Source of the DNA: the human T2T-CHM13v2.0 reference genome, Homo sapiens
Assembly: GCF_009914755.1 (NCBI RefSeq)
Contig: NC_060935.1
Direction: 5' to 3' (one strand)
DNA: 64,000 bases
Positions 12,491 through 27,450 of the stretch are shown here, one piece after another. Position 1 is the stretch's first letter. Every line of letters begins with the position of its first letter. Below the pieces are notes generated by a model, which was not told the origin of the DNA, ran no database searches, and saw only the letters and a program-made list of their open reading frames with translations. A program made the position numbers and the translations under genes.

Positions 12491-14099
12491 GTTGGGTAGA
12501 TAACTCCAAAGATATGCCCTTGACAATGGAATGGCATGCAGATATGCAGATGCCACTCCCTACTAGAAGGGTAGGTGATTATTGTCTGATCACAAACACA
12601 TGTAGAGTCGAGAGGTGATGGAAAGTATTACTTTTTTCTCTGCTTTATTGGGGAAAAGAATCCCTGTTCATTATAATCCCCTTCTCTCCTGTCATATGCT
12701 CATGAAACAATGTATGGAGGGATATAAGTGGTCATACCCATGGCAGTGGGAGCAGGAGAACCAGTGAACTGAGAAGAGAGGCCTGCAGGTGCCATGTCGT
12801 TGGAAGACATGCAAGGAAGAATCTGCCATTTCAGGCATAAATGAAGGGACCAGGTGCAAAGGGAAGGAAGACGTCACTGGGTAAGGGCCACTCTCTACTC
12901 AGGTGGGGGGGAATAGTGATTCCTGCAATGCAGGCAGGGCATCCAGTAAGCTCCCAGAGAGCAGGGAATTGATGCTGCCAACTGAGTACAGCCACACAGG
13001 CCAAAACAGACAATCCAGCCAGGAGTGAGGCTTTGCTGACTGGGTGAGAGTAAAGGAGCATAACAAAGGCAAGGCCTGAATAGTAGCTGAACTGAACCCA
13101 CCTGAGCTCTGGGATGAGCTGAAAGAGTATCAGACTTGGGGTCAGGATTTTTCTCATATTTGTTTTAAATCTGTTCCAGTGCACAGAGACTCGGGCTGCC
13201 AAGGAACTGGATGCTTGTGTTAAACACAGTGATACCTTCTCCCAGTGGACGTCTCCTGCCAGACTGCTCCCCTTGGTCTTCTTCTCACCTTCAGAGGCAC
13301 CTCTGCCCCAGTTCTGTCCAAAGCTGACAAACACACACTCATCCAATCATTTCTTCCTTCCGTTGTTATTTCTAGTAGACCTTCGAGTATTCTGATTTCT
13401 CTGGGTGTCAGCTCAGCTTACATTAGAATGAATGAGAGACAGCATGAGAGAGAGAAAGAAATTATGGAATAATTTGAACTGGACTTATTACCACAAAGAA
13501 AACTGTATCGACACTTGCAGGATTTGAAGTTACATGGAAAATAACAGACCACCGCTGCTCAGATATTTGAGCACCGTATCTGTGCACCTAATGGAAGGGT
13601 TTCTCTGTACCTTCTACCTGACTCTGAAGATGCACACATGGGTTTAGGAATATTGGCTCAGGATCCCAAAAATTTTACACAATTGAATCTGGTCTAGTAA
13701 ATAGCAAATAGTACTTGCCCAGAGACTTTTTAGAAGTGGACTGATGTACATCTATTGCTTCTTTGTTTCAACAGCAGATTTTATTGTTCACTAAATCTTG
13801 GATTGAGCATTTTAAACATGCAGGCTTGTTTGTGCATGTCAGTGAGTAAATGAGAGTGGATTCTTCCCTTCATCAGCATGATCAGTGCAACCTGAACAAG
13901 CACTTACCACATAGGGATTCTTACTATTACTCAGTGTGTGGCTTTCTTTCCCCCGCCTCCTTACCTCCCGGGCATAGACACATGCCTATCTCATTCCCTG
14001 TCGCCAATAGATTGCACACAACTCTGGAAAAAGGGCAGATCGTTTGTATCTCTGTTTACCCCATAGTATTCAATAGATTTACAATAGAAGACATCTTTA

Positions 14100-14598
14100 A
14101 ATTGTATTTTCCAAAGATGGCTGCACCAGTGTATCCCAATCCCATATGCTGTGTGTACTGTATGATGCTGACAGTCTTCCCATTCTCCTGAATCTGGGTA
14201 GGCCAGTGACTAAAAACAAAGTGACACTATGTGACTTCCGAAGTTAAGTTATAAAAAGGCAACAGCTTCCACCTCATCCTCTTTGAGGTGCTTGCACTTT
14301 AAACCCAGCCTCCACCCTGTGAGGAAGCCTATGGCACATGGAGAGGCCATGGGTAGGTATGCCCACTGACAGCCCCATTGAGGAGTTGAGGTCCCAGCTA
14401 CGAGCTTCCATCAACCTCCTTCTGACATGAATGGGCCTCACTCCCACCTTTGAACGGCTCCAGTTCCTGCCTATAAAACAGACTTCCCCTGCTGAACCCT
14501 GGGCAAACTGCAAACTTGTGAGCTAAATAAATGGTCATTATTATTTTAAGTGTCTAAGTTTTGGGTGGTTTGTTATGCTGCAAGAGATATCCAGAACA
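14100..14598 (+). mobile_element. MLT1 (MLT1H-like) MaLR LTR
   Basis: ATTGTATTTTCCAAAGATGGC...GTGAGGAAGCC...CACATGGAGAGGCCA...CTAAGTTTTGGGTGGTTTGTTATGC...CCAGAACA. Confidence 0.8.
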
Positions 14599-14962
14599 TC
14601 TATCATCTTCTCTCCTCTACTGTGTTAATTCACAGTCACATCTTCTCTCACCAATCAAACTCTAAGTTCCTTAGAGTCTCGAGGTTTTTCAGTCAAAATT
14701 TCACTTCCAGAATTTCCTTTCACACCACACTATATTTTAGCCAAACTAAGTTTCTTGCTGTTCTCTATACATGATCTTAGATTTCCAGTCTTTGAATGGT
14801 TGATCATCCTGTGTCTTTATTGTGCATGCACCTTGTACTCATCTATGTTCACCTAAGTCTTACTGTTTTTGAGACTGAGTCTCATGCCATGAAGAATTTC
14901 CTGATTCCTCTGGTCAGAAGGGAGGCCTCTGTCTTGTGAAATTCCATAGCAGTATAGATTAA

Positions 14963-15510
<548 letters not shown>

Positions 15511-15585
15511 TATGTGACTATTATTCTCCTTTGGGGATTTTAACTATGTCAATCAATCTGGGACCTAACATGATACCCTATTTTC

Positions 15586-16970
<1,385 letters not shown>

Positions 16971-16997
16971 GATACTCTATTTTCTTTGTGGATGTGA

Positions 16998-17218
16998 GAG
17001 GCAGCATAGAGTAACTGGACATCTGGGTTCGAATCCCATCAATCCCACTCATTGTCTGTGAACATGGAATGAGGGCCTTAACGCTCTGTCCTTTATTTTC
17101 CTCATTGATCAAATGGGGATAATTTTAGCTACATCATAATGTAGTTCTTCTTACAAATAAGAAAACTTGTATAAGTTTCATCTTTGTACGGGGCACAGAG
17201 TGGGCATTCAGTTAACTC
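16998..17218 (+). mobile_element. MIR, near full length
   Basis: GAGGCAGCATAG...CTGGGTTCGAATCCC (B-box)...TTTCCTCATTGATCAAATGGGGATAAT. Confidence 0.8.
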
Positions 17219-17429
17219 ATATGTCCCTTTGTTCCCACCTTCTTTCACTTAATGTGGAGCTCAGTCTTTGGCTTCCACCCAACTAATGAGACTGACCAAC
17301 TGATGTCCAACACTCAGACCCTGTCCTTCTCCTGTACATGCAACTCCTTCTCTGGTGTGAATGACACTGTTTCTTCAGACATCTTCTACTCATGCCACCC
17401 AGGTGGGAAAGGAAGAAAGACATCACTGT

Positions 17430-17745
17430 CATCTGGCTGACTTCTACGCATTACACAAAATTCAGCCAAAGTGGTACTTTTTCAGGGAGACTGTGACCAT
17501 TCCCACCCCAGACTCCGTCGGACTGTGTTATTTTCCTTTGTTCTAGGAGGTCATAACACCTTATACTTCTCTTCCACAACACTTGTCACAACTGAAATTC
17601 ATTACTTTTAACCTATCTATTACTTCTGTTTGATAGTAAGCTCCATGAGGGCAGGGGCCAGATCTGTGTTGTCACCATGATCACCAGCACCAGGTAAAAT
17701 GTTACATAGGATGCGCTCAACAGATATTTATAGAGTTAATGAATA
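17430..17745 (+). mobile_element. L2 3' end
   Basis: GTAAGCTCCATGAGGGCAGGGGCC...CTCAACAGATATTTA...AATGAAT. Confidence 0.75.
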
Positions 17746-20061
17746 GAAGAAGGCATTGCAGTAGCAACTTTAACCGCAAGAGAGGACTAAGTCAGGAGGC
17801 ACTGAGTCAACAATTTGTCTTTATTCAATAACTCTCATTATCACCCCCCACACTCCGGAGACCATTCTCCTTGAGCATTTCTATGATTAACCTTCAGAAG
17901 ATTCTCAGGTCAAAGGGTGGGGGTCTTGTTTAATGGACCCAAGGAAAGCATCATTAATTTATTTTGCCAGCTAACTAGTTTCTCTGAACACCACCTCCTG
18001 ATTGTCAATGATGACCTATGGAAGGCATAACAAAAGAATTTCTTAAAGTCTGATGTTTCAGTCAAACCAGCAAGCTGCTTCCAGCTGAGCCTATTATAGC
18101 AAACCCAAAAAGGTAACTGACATTTTGAGAGAGTTATGGCTGGACTATCTGCACTCCCTGAGACAGTCATGCTGTGGTACCATAAGACTTCCAGAGACGT
18201 TGAACCTCAAGACCTTTTGAAGCTAAGTAGCTCACAGAATTTTTACTTAAAAATATAGGTAACAGCTGTTCCTCCCTGCTGTGAGCAGGTAACAGGCCAC
18301 TCTCCCAACACATTCTAAAACAGTATTGTCTATTCTTTGCTCATAGCCAAAGGGTTTCAATAAAATATCTTCCTCCTACCAAGTGTGAGGCCAGATATAG
18401 CACAGTAAATAAGAAAAGTAAAACTTGGAATCTTTTTTTGCAAATATTAGCATTAGTTATTTCTTTAGCAATATGAGGCCAAAATCCCCACAGTGTCTAG
18501 TTAAGTAAACATTGTACCTATTATTACCACAATGAAGGACATGGCTGCAGATCTGCTTCCTGCTCATAACAGAGCCTGCTGAGGCTTCTCTGTGTAAGGT
18601 TGAGTTTAGTCACAATTAGCATATCTACTGATCTGATACCCTTATGACTAGAAAGATGTATTAGAAGATTAGACCACAATTTTAATGCAGGCTATATAGC
18701 TTGCATAGAATCTCACATACCTTTTATATATTAACAGATTGGAAGTAACTCCCCTTACAAAGTTAGAAAAGGTTGCTGGGACTGAGAAAAGAAAGAGAAT
18801 AAGAAAAATGGTGGTACCTGTTATAGTCTAACTTTCATATATGTGAAGAATGTAGTGCAGTAATTGAGCAAAGTCTATTCCCATTTCGCTATCTTGGGTA
18901 TTTTTCATGTGCTAGATCCTGGGAAAATTCATTAAGCTCTGCTTCCTTTTTGTTCCAGATGTATAACTGCTATTAACATGAAACAGGGAGGAAAAGCAAG
19001 ACTAATGCAGCTCATTTTCCCGTAAAAATTTTCCTCAGAGGAGAAAAGTCTTCCTCTTCATTTTGCATGCAGAAATACTCTATGCAAGTTTCTATGAAAT
19101 TCTGCCTAATGAGGTGTGAATATTGTACCAATATGCCCTGGTAGAAGCATATCTTAGCTCTTAGGTTTTATTCTGCAGATGTATACTGTTTTTGGTTCCA
19201 ATTGTCTCTAATTAATAAAATATCTCATGATGTTAATATTAGAAACACAAAGACAATACCATCATCATAAACTTTTTCATTTAACAGACATTTAATTAGC
19301 ACTGCACTAGGCACTGTGGGAATAGAAAATCTAATGAAGGGAAGACTTTCATTCCTAGCCATGATAGGAGTAACAGAGATACCCTGCCACATAAACCAAA
19401 AATATAAACAATAAAAATGAAACAACAGTTTCAAGATACCAGACATCACACAATGAACAGTATCCTTGAGAGATGGGAAACAAATGAGATGAGACTACAA
19501 TTGCATTATGTTAATGCCTTGAGATAATTTTCAGGTGGCACAATAAAGGAATGGGGAATGAGGAGGAACCTGGAAGAGTCCCTGAGTTGAGAAGATAAAG
19601 CTGAGAGTCCAAGTAGACCAAACTGGTTAAAATTCATGGAGCAATGTAGAGGAGATCAGAGAGCTACACAAAGAGATCCCTACCAATATGCAGAGGGTCC
19701 CCTTTGAGTATTCAGCAGAGCACTTATTTGTGCATGCATGTGAAGAACGGGTGACTGGGGAAAGAACCACCCGAAAGGAATAAAGATAACCGGATCTAAT
19801 GTGCACACAGGGCTGGGAATAGTGCTTATTACCACAGCCAGACTGGAAAACCTTATGCTTCCTAGGGAGTATACCAAGTATATATAAAGAATACAGAAGG
19901 TCTGCCTCAAGAGTGGAAAACAATTAGCCCCGGTTTGATCACTGCTCTGATCCTGTCTAATAATCTGAAAAGCAAAACCTGAAAGGCTCAAATTGTTTTA
20001 AGTAACTTAACTGCATTCCAGAACAATGCTCAGGAATATTTATAGGAATAGAAAAATATTC

Positions 20062-20431
20062 CAGTCATAAAAAAGAATGAGTTCATGTCCTTTGCAGGGA
20101 CATGAATGAAGCTGGAAACCATCATTCTCAGCAAACTAACACAGGAACAGAAAACCAAACACTGCATGTTCTCACTCACAAGTGGGAACTGAACAATGAG
20201 AAGACATGGACACACGGAGGGGAACATCACACTCCGGGGCCTGTCAGGGGGATCGAGGGAAAGGTGAGGGAGAGCGTTAGGACAAATACCTAATGCATGC
20301 AGAGCTTAAAACCTAGATGACGGGTTGATAGGTGCAGCAAACCACCATGGCACATGTATACGTATGTAACAAACTGGCACATTCAGCACATGTATCCCAG
20401 AACTTGAAGTAAAATTTAAAGTAAATAAAAA
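20062..20431 (+). mobile_element. L1PA7-like 3' fragment
   Basis: 3'UTR with GCTTAAAACCTAGATGACGGGTTGATAGGTGCAGCAAACCACC; perfect 12-bp TSD AGAAAAATATTC (20050-20061, 20432-20443). Confidence 0.95.
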
Positions 20432-21718
20432 AGAAAAATATTCAGCATCCAATAAGGTAAAATTAACAATGTTTGGCATCCAATAGAAAGTTACCAGGTA
20501 CTTAAAGAAGCAGGAAAATAAGGTTCTTAACGAGGAGAACAATTAGTCAGTTGAAACTGACACAGTCTTGACACAGGTTAGAATTAACAAATGAGGACAT
20601 TAAAACCTGCAGAATAACTGTAACACATATGTTTGAAAAGTTAAGAAAGAAAAAATTATAAAACCCGATTTAACTACATTGCAGAACAAAGATTAGCAAA
20701 CTTGGATACATGATAACAAAAACTATCTAAAATAAAACTAGAGAGAAAAAAGAATTTTTGGAAATCTAACAACGCTTTGATGACCTGTGAAACAATTTCA
20801 AGTGGCCTAATATATAATTAAATTCCAAAAGGAGAGTAGAAAGGCAGGAGATAGAAAAGAAAATGTGAAGAAGTAACAGCTAAAACTTCTCCAAAGTTTT
20901 TGAGAACGGTTACTCACAAATTCAAAATGCTCAAAAAATTCCAAGCACAAGAAACATGTTTTTTAAAAACCTCTCCACCAAAGCATATCAAAATCAAATT
21001 GCTAAAAACTAGTTATAAAGAAAAAAATCTTAAAAGCAACTAGAGAAAAATACTTTATGCACCAAGGAACAAAGATTAGGATGACAGCACATTTCTCATG
21101 CGAAACAATGTAAGCAAGAAGACGGTGAAGCAACATTTTAAAAGCATTAAGAGAAAAAAATTGAACTGAAAAAACTGAAAGATAAAAAGGAATTTTATAA
21201 CCAGCAAAAATATATTTCAAAAATAAAGGTGAAATAAGGACCTTTTCAGACATGTGAAAGTAGAAATAATCACCAACAGAATTGTGCTACAAGAAATGTA
21301 AAAGGAAGTCCTTTGGGCAGAAGAAAAAGGATACCAAATCTGTATAAAGCAATGAAGATCGCCAGAAATAATAACAACTAGGGAAAATATACAACATTTT
21401 TCTTTTTGTTTATATCTCTTTAAAAGATAATTTACTCTTTAAATGAAAAGTAATAACAATAAACACAGTCTGCAGTTTGTAATGTATAAAAATTAAATGT
21501 GTCACATCAATAGCACATAGGCTAGGAGGAGATAATTAGAAGTGTAACTACTGTAAGGCTTTTATACTGTAATGAATATGGCATATTATCCCTTGAAGGT
21601 AGACTTTGGTAAGTTAAAAATGTATACTGTAAACTTTAAGAAACTAGAAAAATAAGAGCAAATTAGAACTAGAATATATAGAAAAATAAAGATAGGAAAT
21701 CAATGAAATACAAAACTA

Positions 21719-21901
21719 ACACACACACACACGCACACACACACACAAATAAAGACAAATAAAACTAAAAGCTAGTTCTTAGAGAATAGAACCAGCTTTT
21801 CGTTTATTCCATATATGTGGAACATATATGTATATATGTGTGTGTATATATATGTACATATGTGTGTGTGTGTATGTATGTGTGTGTGTGTGTGTGTATA
21901 T
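21719..21901. repeat. (CA)n and compound (TA)n/(TG)n microsatellites
   Basis: CA run at 21719-21747 and TA/TG run at 21824-21901. Confidence 0.9.
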
Positions 21902-22054
21902 AGTGAAGTTTATTCCAGGAACGTAAGGTTGGTATAACATTAAAAAACCAATATAAATTATATTAGCAAAACAAATAAAGGCAAGGTTGGTATAATTTTC
22001 AAAAACCAACATAAACCATATTAACAAACCAATTAAAATCAGCGTCCATTTATG

Positions 22055-23450
22055 TTCCCCATCTCTACGTTATGGTCCAGAAATTTCCTCAAGGCAGAAA
22101 TCCAGTACAATATAAAATTCATCCCATTTATTTTCTTTCTTTCATTCACAGTCCTGCACTGCTTAATCAATATCTGAAAACCATTGTTTCATAGTTGTTT
22201 ATGGCTGGAAGTTAAGTATAATCTTTATTACTGCATGTAGTACCTGTAAACAGAATTCCCAGTCTTTGTCTTTAATTGTAACATTTCTTTTTCTGTTAAA
22301 CAAATAATTGATACATTATTAAATTCCATATAAATACGGACATATTTGAATTTAAGTGTATCTTTTTTTCTTAAATTTCTTAATTTTTATCCTGCGTTCT
22401 TTTTTGTCTTTGTCTTTCTCAGATGAACTGCATATGTCTTATTTATTATCTCTCCTCTACCAACTTTAATTATACATTCATGTATAATTCCTTCAATGGT
22501 TATCCCAGAAATTTTAAAAATGCATCAATGACTTACCGCAGTCTGCCTTCTTAATTCTACCACATCTCAATCAGTGAAGGAAAGATTAACCCCATTTGCT
22601 TGTTTATAGTTTTTATGCTATTGTTGTCATTGCTTACTTCCACATATGTTGTAAACTCAGAAGATACTAGTTTTTCTTATAGTTAGGATTTGTTTATATT
22701 AACTCATATATTTAATTATTTTTCATAATTACTAATCTATTTCTTCCAGTAGTTTTGAAGTTCAACCTAGAATCATTAGTCTAATAATTATTAATATTAA
22801 TAATCATTAATACAATTTTAATTAATACTTCTAATAAATAGGTGAATCTGTTTTTTCCTGAATAATAAGTGTTCCGGTGATAAAATATTTTGGCTTTTTT
22901 CCTAAAAATACTTCTAGTGTCCCTTTATTCTAAAAGTAATTTTTGCTGTTTATAGAATTCTAGATAGGCAGTATTGTTTTATTTAACACTTTGACAATGT
23001 CTTTCAATTGCCTTTGGTTTCCATCACTTCTGTTGATAAATCAGCAATAATGTTTTTCACTGCTTGTTGAAAAATGTTGTCCATTGTCTTTTCCAATTTT
23101 CTTTCTTTCCCGTTTCTGTTCTCTCTCTTTCTGGGACTCCAGTTACACAAACTTAGACTATTTGATTATGCCCTGCATGTCTCTCATGTTCTCTTCTATT
23201 CCTTCCATTCTTGTTCTCTCTTTGCTACAGTTTGGATTTTTCTATTAGTCGGTCTTTAAATTGATTAACCTTGTCTTCAGTCATGTCCAGTCTGGATTTT
23301 AACCTAGCCAATGACTTTTTATTTCATAATTTTAAATTATAGAATGTCAAATTCTTTTTTCAAGAATCCAATTCTCAGTTTAATTATCCACATATTTATT
23401 TCCTTTCTCTTTTTCTCTATTTTCTTGACAGTATTTTTCAAATATGACAT
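22055..23450 (-). mobile_element. Ancient L1M/L1ME fragments
   Basis: T-rich antisense L1-like sequence (TATAGAATTCTAGATAGGCAG, TTCTGGGACTCCAGTTACAC); subfamily and boundaries uncertain. Confidence 0.6.
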
Positions 23451-25046
23451 ATATATTTTATATATATACACACACATATATTCTTTTGATGGCTATTTTA
23501 ACATTTGACTTATTTGACAAAAATTATATATACTTATTATGTACAATTTGTTTTAAAATATATATGCATTGTGGAATGGCTGAATTGAACTGATGAACAT
23601 ATACATTACTTCACATACTTCTCTGCAATAAGAATACTTAAAAATCTCTCTTTGCAATTTTCAAGAATACAATATATTATCATTATCTATAGTCACCACG
23701 TTGTACAATAAAACTCTTGAACTTATTCTTCCTAACTGAAATTTTAATCTTTACTTCTGAGTTTTTTTTATATTCCACATATAAATAAGGTCATGCAATA
23801 TTCGTCTTTCTGTGCTTATTTTATTTAACATAATGTCTTCAGTTCCATCCACATTGTTGCAAATGACAGTATTACATTTTTTAAGGCGGAATAGTATTCC
23901 CATCGCACTTTCTTTATTCACTCTTCCATTGATGGACACTTACATTGATTCCATATCTTAGCTATTGTAAATAATGCTGCAACAAATGTGAGAACGCAGA
24001 CATACTGATTTCATTACCTTCAGAGATACACTCAGAGGTGAGATTGCTGAATCATATGGTAATTATATTGTTACTTTTTTTGAGGAATTTCCATGTGATT
24101 TTCCATAATGACTGTACTAATTTACATTCCTGCAAATGGTATGCAAGGATTTCCTTTTTTCCCACATCCTCTCCAACACTTATTCTTTCTTTTTGATAAC
24201 AGCAGTTCTAGCAGGTGTTAGGTGATATGTCATCATGGTTTTAATTTACATTTCCCTGATGATTAGTGATGTTAAACATTTTTTCATATACCTGTTGACC
24301 TTTTGTCTGTCTTCTTTAGAGAAATATCTTTTCTGGTCCTTTGCTTGTTTATTAATCAGGTTGTTTTCTTACTATTGAGTTGTTTGAGTCTACTGTATAT
24401 TTTGAATATTAACATTTTATCAGATGTATGATTTGCAAATATTTTCTCCTATTCTGTAGGTTGTCACTTTGCTCAGTTGATTGTTTCTTTGCTGTGCAGA
24501 AGCTTTTTAGTTTGATATAATATAATTTGTCTATTTTTGTTTTTCCTGCATGTGTTTTGGGCTTCATATCCAAAAATTCATTGCCCAGACCAATGTCCTG
24601 GAACTTTGCACTCATGTTTTTTCTGACAGTTTTAGTTTTAGGTTGGACATTGAAGTCTTTAATCTACTTTGAGTTTTTATATGACGTGAGATACAGGTCT
24701 AATTTCATTCTTATGCATATGAATATCCAGTTGTTCCAACATCATTTATAGATGAGATTGTTCTTTCACCATTGCACATTCTTGGCATCTTTGTAAAAAT
24801 CAATTTACTGTAAGTGTGTGGATTTATTTCTGGGCTTTGTTCTGTTCCATTGATCTAGATGTCTGTTTTTCTGCCACAACCACACTGTTTTGATTATTAC
24901 AGTTTTGTAGTAGATTTTCACTCAGGTTGTTTAATATCCACTTTTGTGCTTTTTTGATCAAGATGTGTTGGCCTATTTTCAGGGTCTTTTTTGTGGTTCT
25001 ATATGAATTTTGAAATTTTTTTTCTTTCATTGAAAAATGTCATTGA

Positions 25047-25466
<420 letters not shown>

Positions 25467-27407
25467 CTATTTATTAGTGTCTTCTATTTATTTCATCAAT
25501 ATTTCAGTTTTCAGTATACAGATCTTTCACCTCTTTGGTTAAATTTATTTCAAAGTATTTTTTGTAGCTATTGTAAATGAGATTTTTTCTTGATATCTTT
25601 TTTTGATTGTTTCTAGCATACAGAAATACTACTTATTTTTGTATGTTGATTTATATCCTGCAACTTTAATGAAATCTTTTATTCTAAGAAGTTTTAATGG
25701 AGTCTTTTGGGTTTTTACGTATAGAATCATGTCATCTGCAAATAGGGACAATTTAGGTTATCCCTTTCCAATTTGGATGCCTTCTTTTCTTTCTCTTGAA
25801 TAATTTCTCTGGATAAGACTTCCAGTACTATGTTAAACAGAAGTGTTAAGAATGGACATCCTTGTCTTATCCCTGATTTTGGAGGAAATATTTTCAACTA
25901 TTCACCATTTAGTATGGTGTTAGCTGTAGGATTGTCATATATGTCTTTTACTGTATTGAGGTACATTCATTCTGTACCTAATTTGTTGAGAATTTTTATC
26001 ATGAAGGGATGAACTTTGACAAACAAATTTTATGCAACAATTGAGGTAATCATATAATTTTTGTCCTTCATTCTGTTAATAATGTATATCACATTTATAG
26101 ATTTGCACATATTGAATCACCCTTGCATCCCTGGCATAAATCCCACTTGATCATGGTGAATGATTCTTTTAATGTGCTGTTGAATTTGGTTTACAAGCGT
26201 TCCGTCAAGGATTTCTGCATCTATGTCATCAGGGATATTGGCCTGTAATTTTGTTTTCTTGTAGTGTTCTTATCTGTCTTTGGTATTAGGTAATGTTAGC
26301 CTCTTAAAATGAGTTTGGAAGTATTCTTGCTTCTTTGATTTTTTGGAAGAGTTTGAAAAGGATTGGCGTTAGGTTTTTAAAAAATATTTGGTAGATTTCA
26401 GAAGTGAAGCCATCAGGTACTGAGTTCTTCTTTGATAGGAGACTTTTAATTACAGATTCAATCTCCTTACTTGTTATTGATCTGTGGAGATTTTTTATTT
26501 CTTCATGATTTAGTCTTGGTAGATTACACCTGGAAATTTATTCATTTTTTCTAGGTTATCTAATTTGTTGGCATAAAATTGTTCATAGTAGTCTTTTATA
26601 ATCCCTTGTATTTCCGTGCTAACAGTTGTAATGTCTCCTATTTCATTTCTTCATTTGAGTGTTCTCTCTTTTTCCTTAGTATAGCCAAAGATTTGTCAAT
26701 TTTGTTCAGCTTTTCAAAAAAATCAATCCTTAGTTTCATTGATCTTTTTTATTGCTTTTACTCATTTCTGTTTGATTTACTTCAGGTTTTATCTTTATTA
26801 TGTCTTTCTTTCTGTGGACTTTGTTTGTTCTTGTATTTCTACTTCCTTGAGATGTAATGTTGTTTATTTGCATTTTTTCTTTTTTGAGGTAGGTGTTTAT
26901 TGCTATAATTTTCCCTCTTAAAACTGATTTTACTGCATCCCATAAGTTTTGGTATGTTGTGTTTTTACTTTTGTCTCATGATAGTTTTACTTTCTTCATT
27001 GACCCATTAGTTGTTCAGGGTCAGGTTGTTTAATTTCCATGTATTCATGAATTTCCTGAAATTTCTCCTGTCATTTATTTCTAGTTTCACACTTTTGTAG
27101 TCAGAAAAGATATTTGATAAGATTTCAATCTTCTTAAATTTGTTAAGACTTGTGGCCTAACTTATAATCTATCCTAGAGAATATTCTGTATAGACTTAAG
27201 AAGAATGTATATTCTGCTGCTGTTGTATGGGCTATTCTATATATGCCTGTTAGGACCATTTGGTCTAATGCGTATTTTAAGTTTGATGTTTGCTTATTGA
27301 CTTTCTGTCTGGATGATCTGTCCATTGCTGAAAGTTGAGCATCGAAGAAATCTTCTATTATTATGGTCTTACAATCTATCTCTCCTTTCAGGTCTATTAA
27401 TTGTATT

Positions 27408-27450
27408 ATTTTTTAATATTTTAATATTTTTTAATATTTTAATATTTTTA
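27408..27450. repeat. (TTTTAATA)n AT-rich tandem repeat
   Basis: Four T-run+AATA units. Confidence 0.85.

Larger units (their letters stand above)
19360..22050 (+). mobile_element. Ancient L1M (L1MC/MD-type 5'UTR, ORF1 remnant, short ORF2 piece), interrupted by an L1PA7-like insert
   Basis: A-rich sense strand; ORF1 C-terminal motif near 21190-21250 (ATTTTATAACCAGCAAAAATATATTTCAAAAATAAAGGTGAAATAAGGACCTTTTCAGAC, cf. ILYPAKISFKNKGEIKTFSD); boundaries approximate. Confidence 0.75.

Noticed and set aside
12831-13346. 171-aa minus-strand ORF in non-repeat DNA
   Set aside because: Starts at TTG, shows no domain or homolog I recognise and no clear splice context; compatible with chance.
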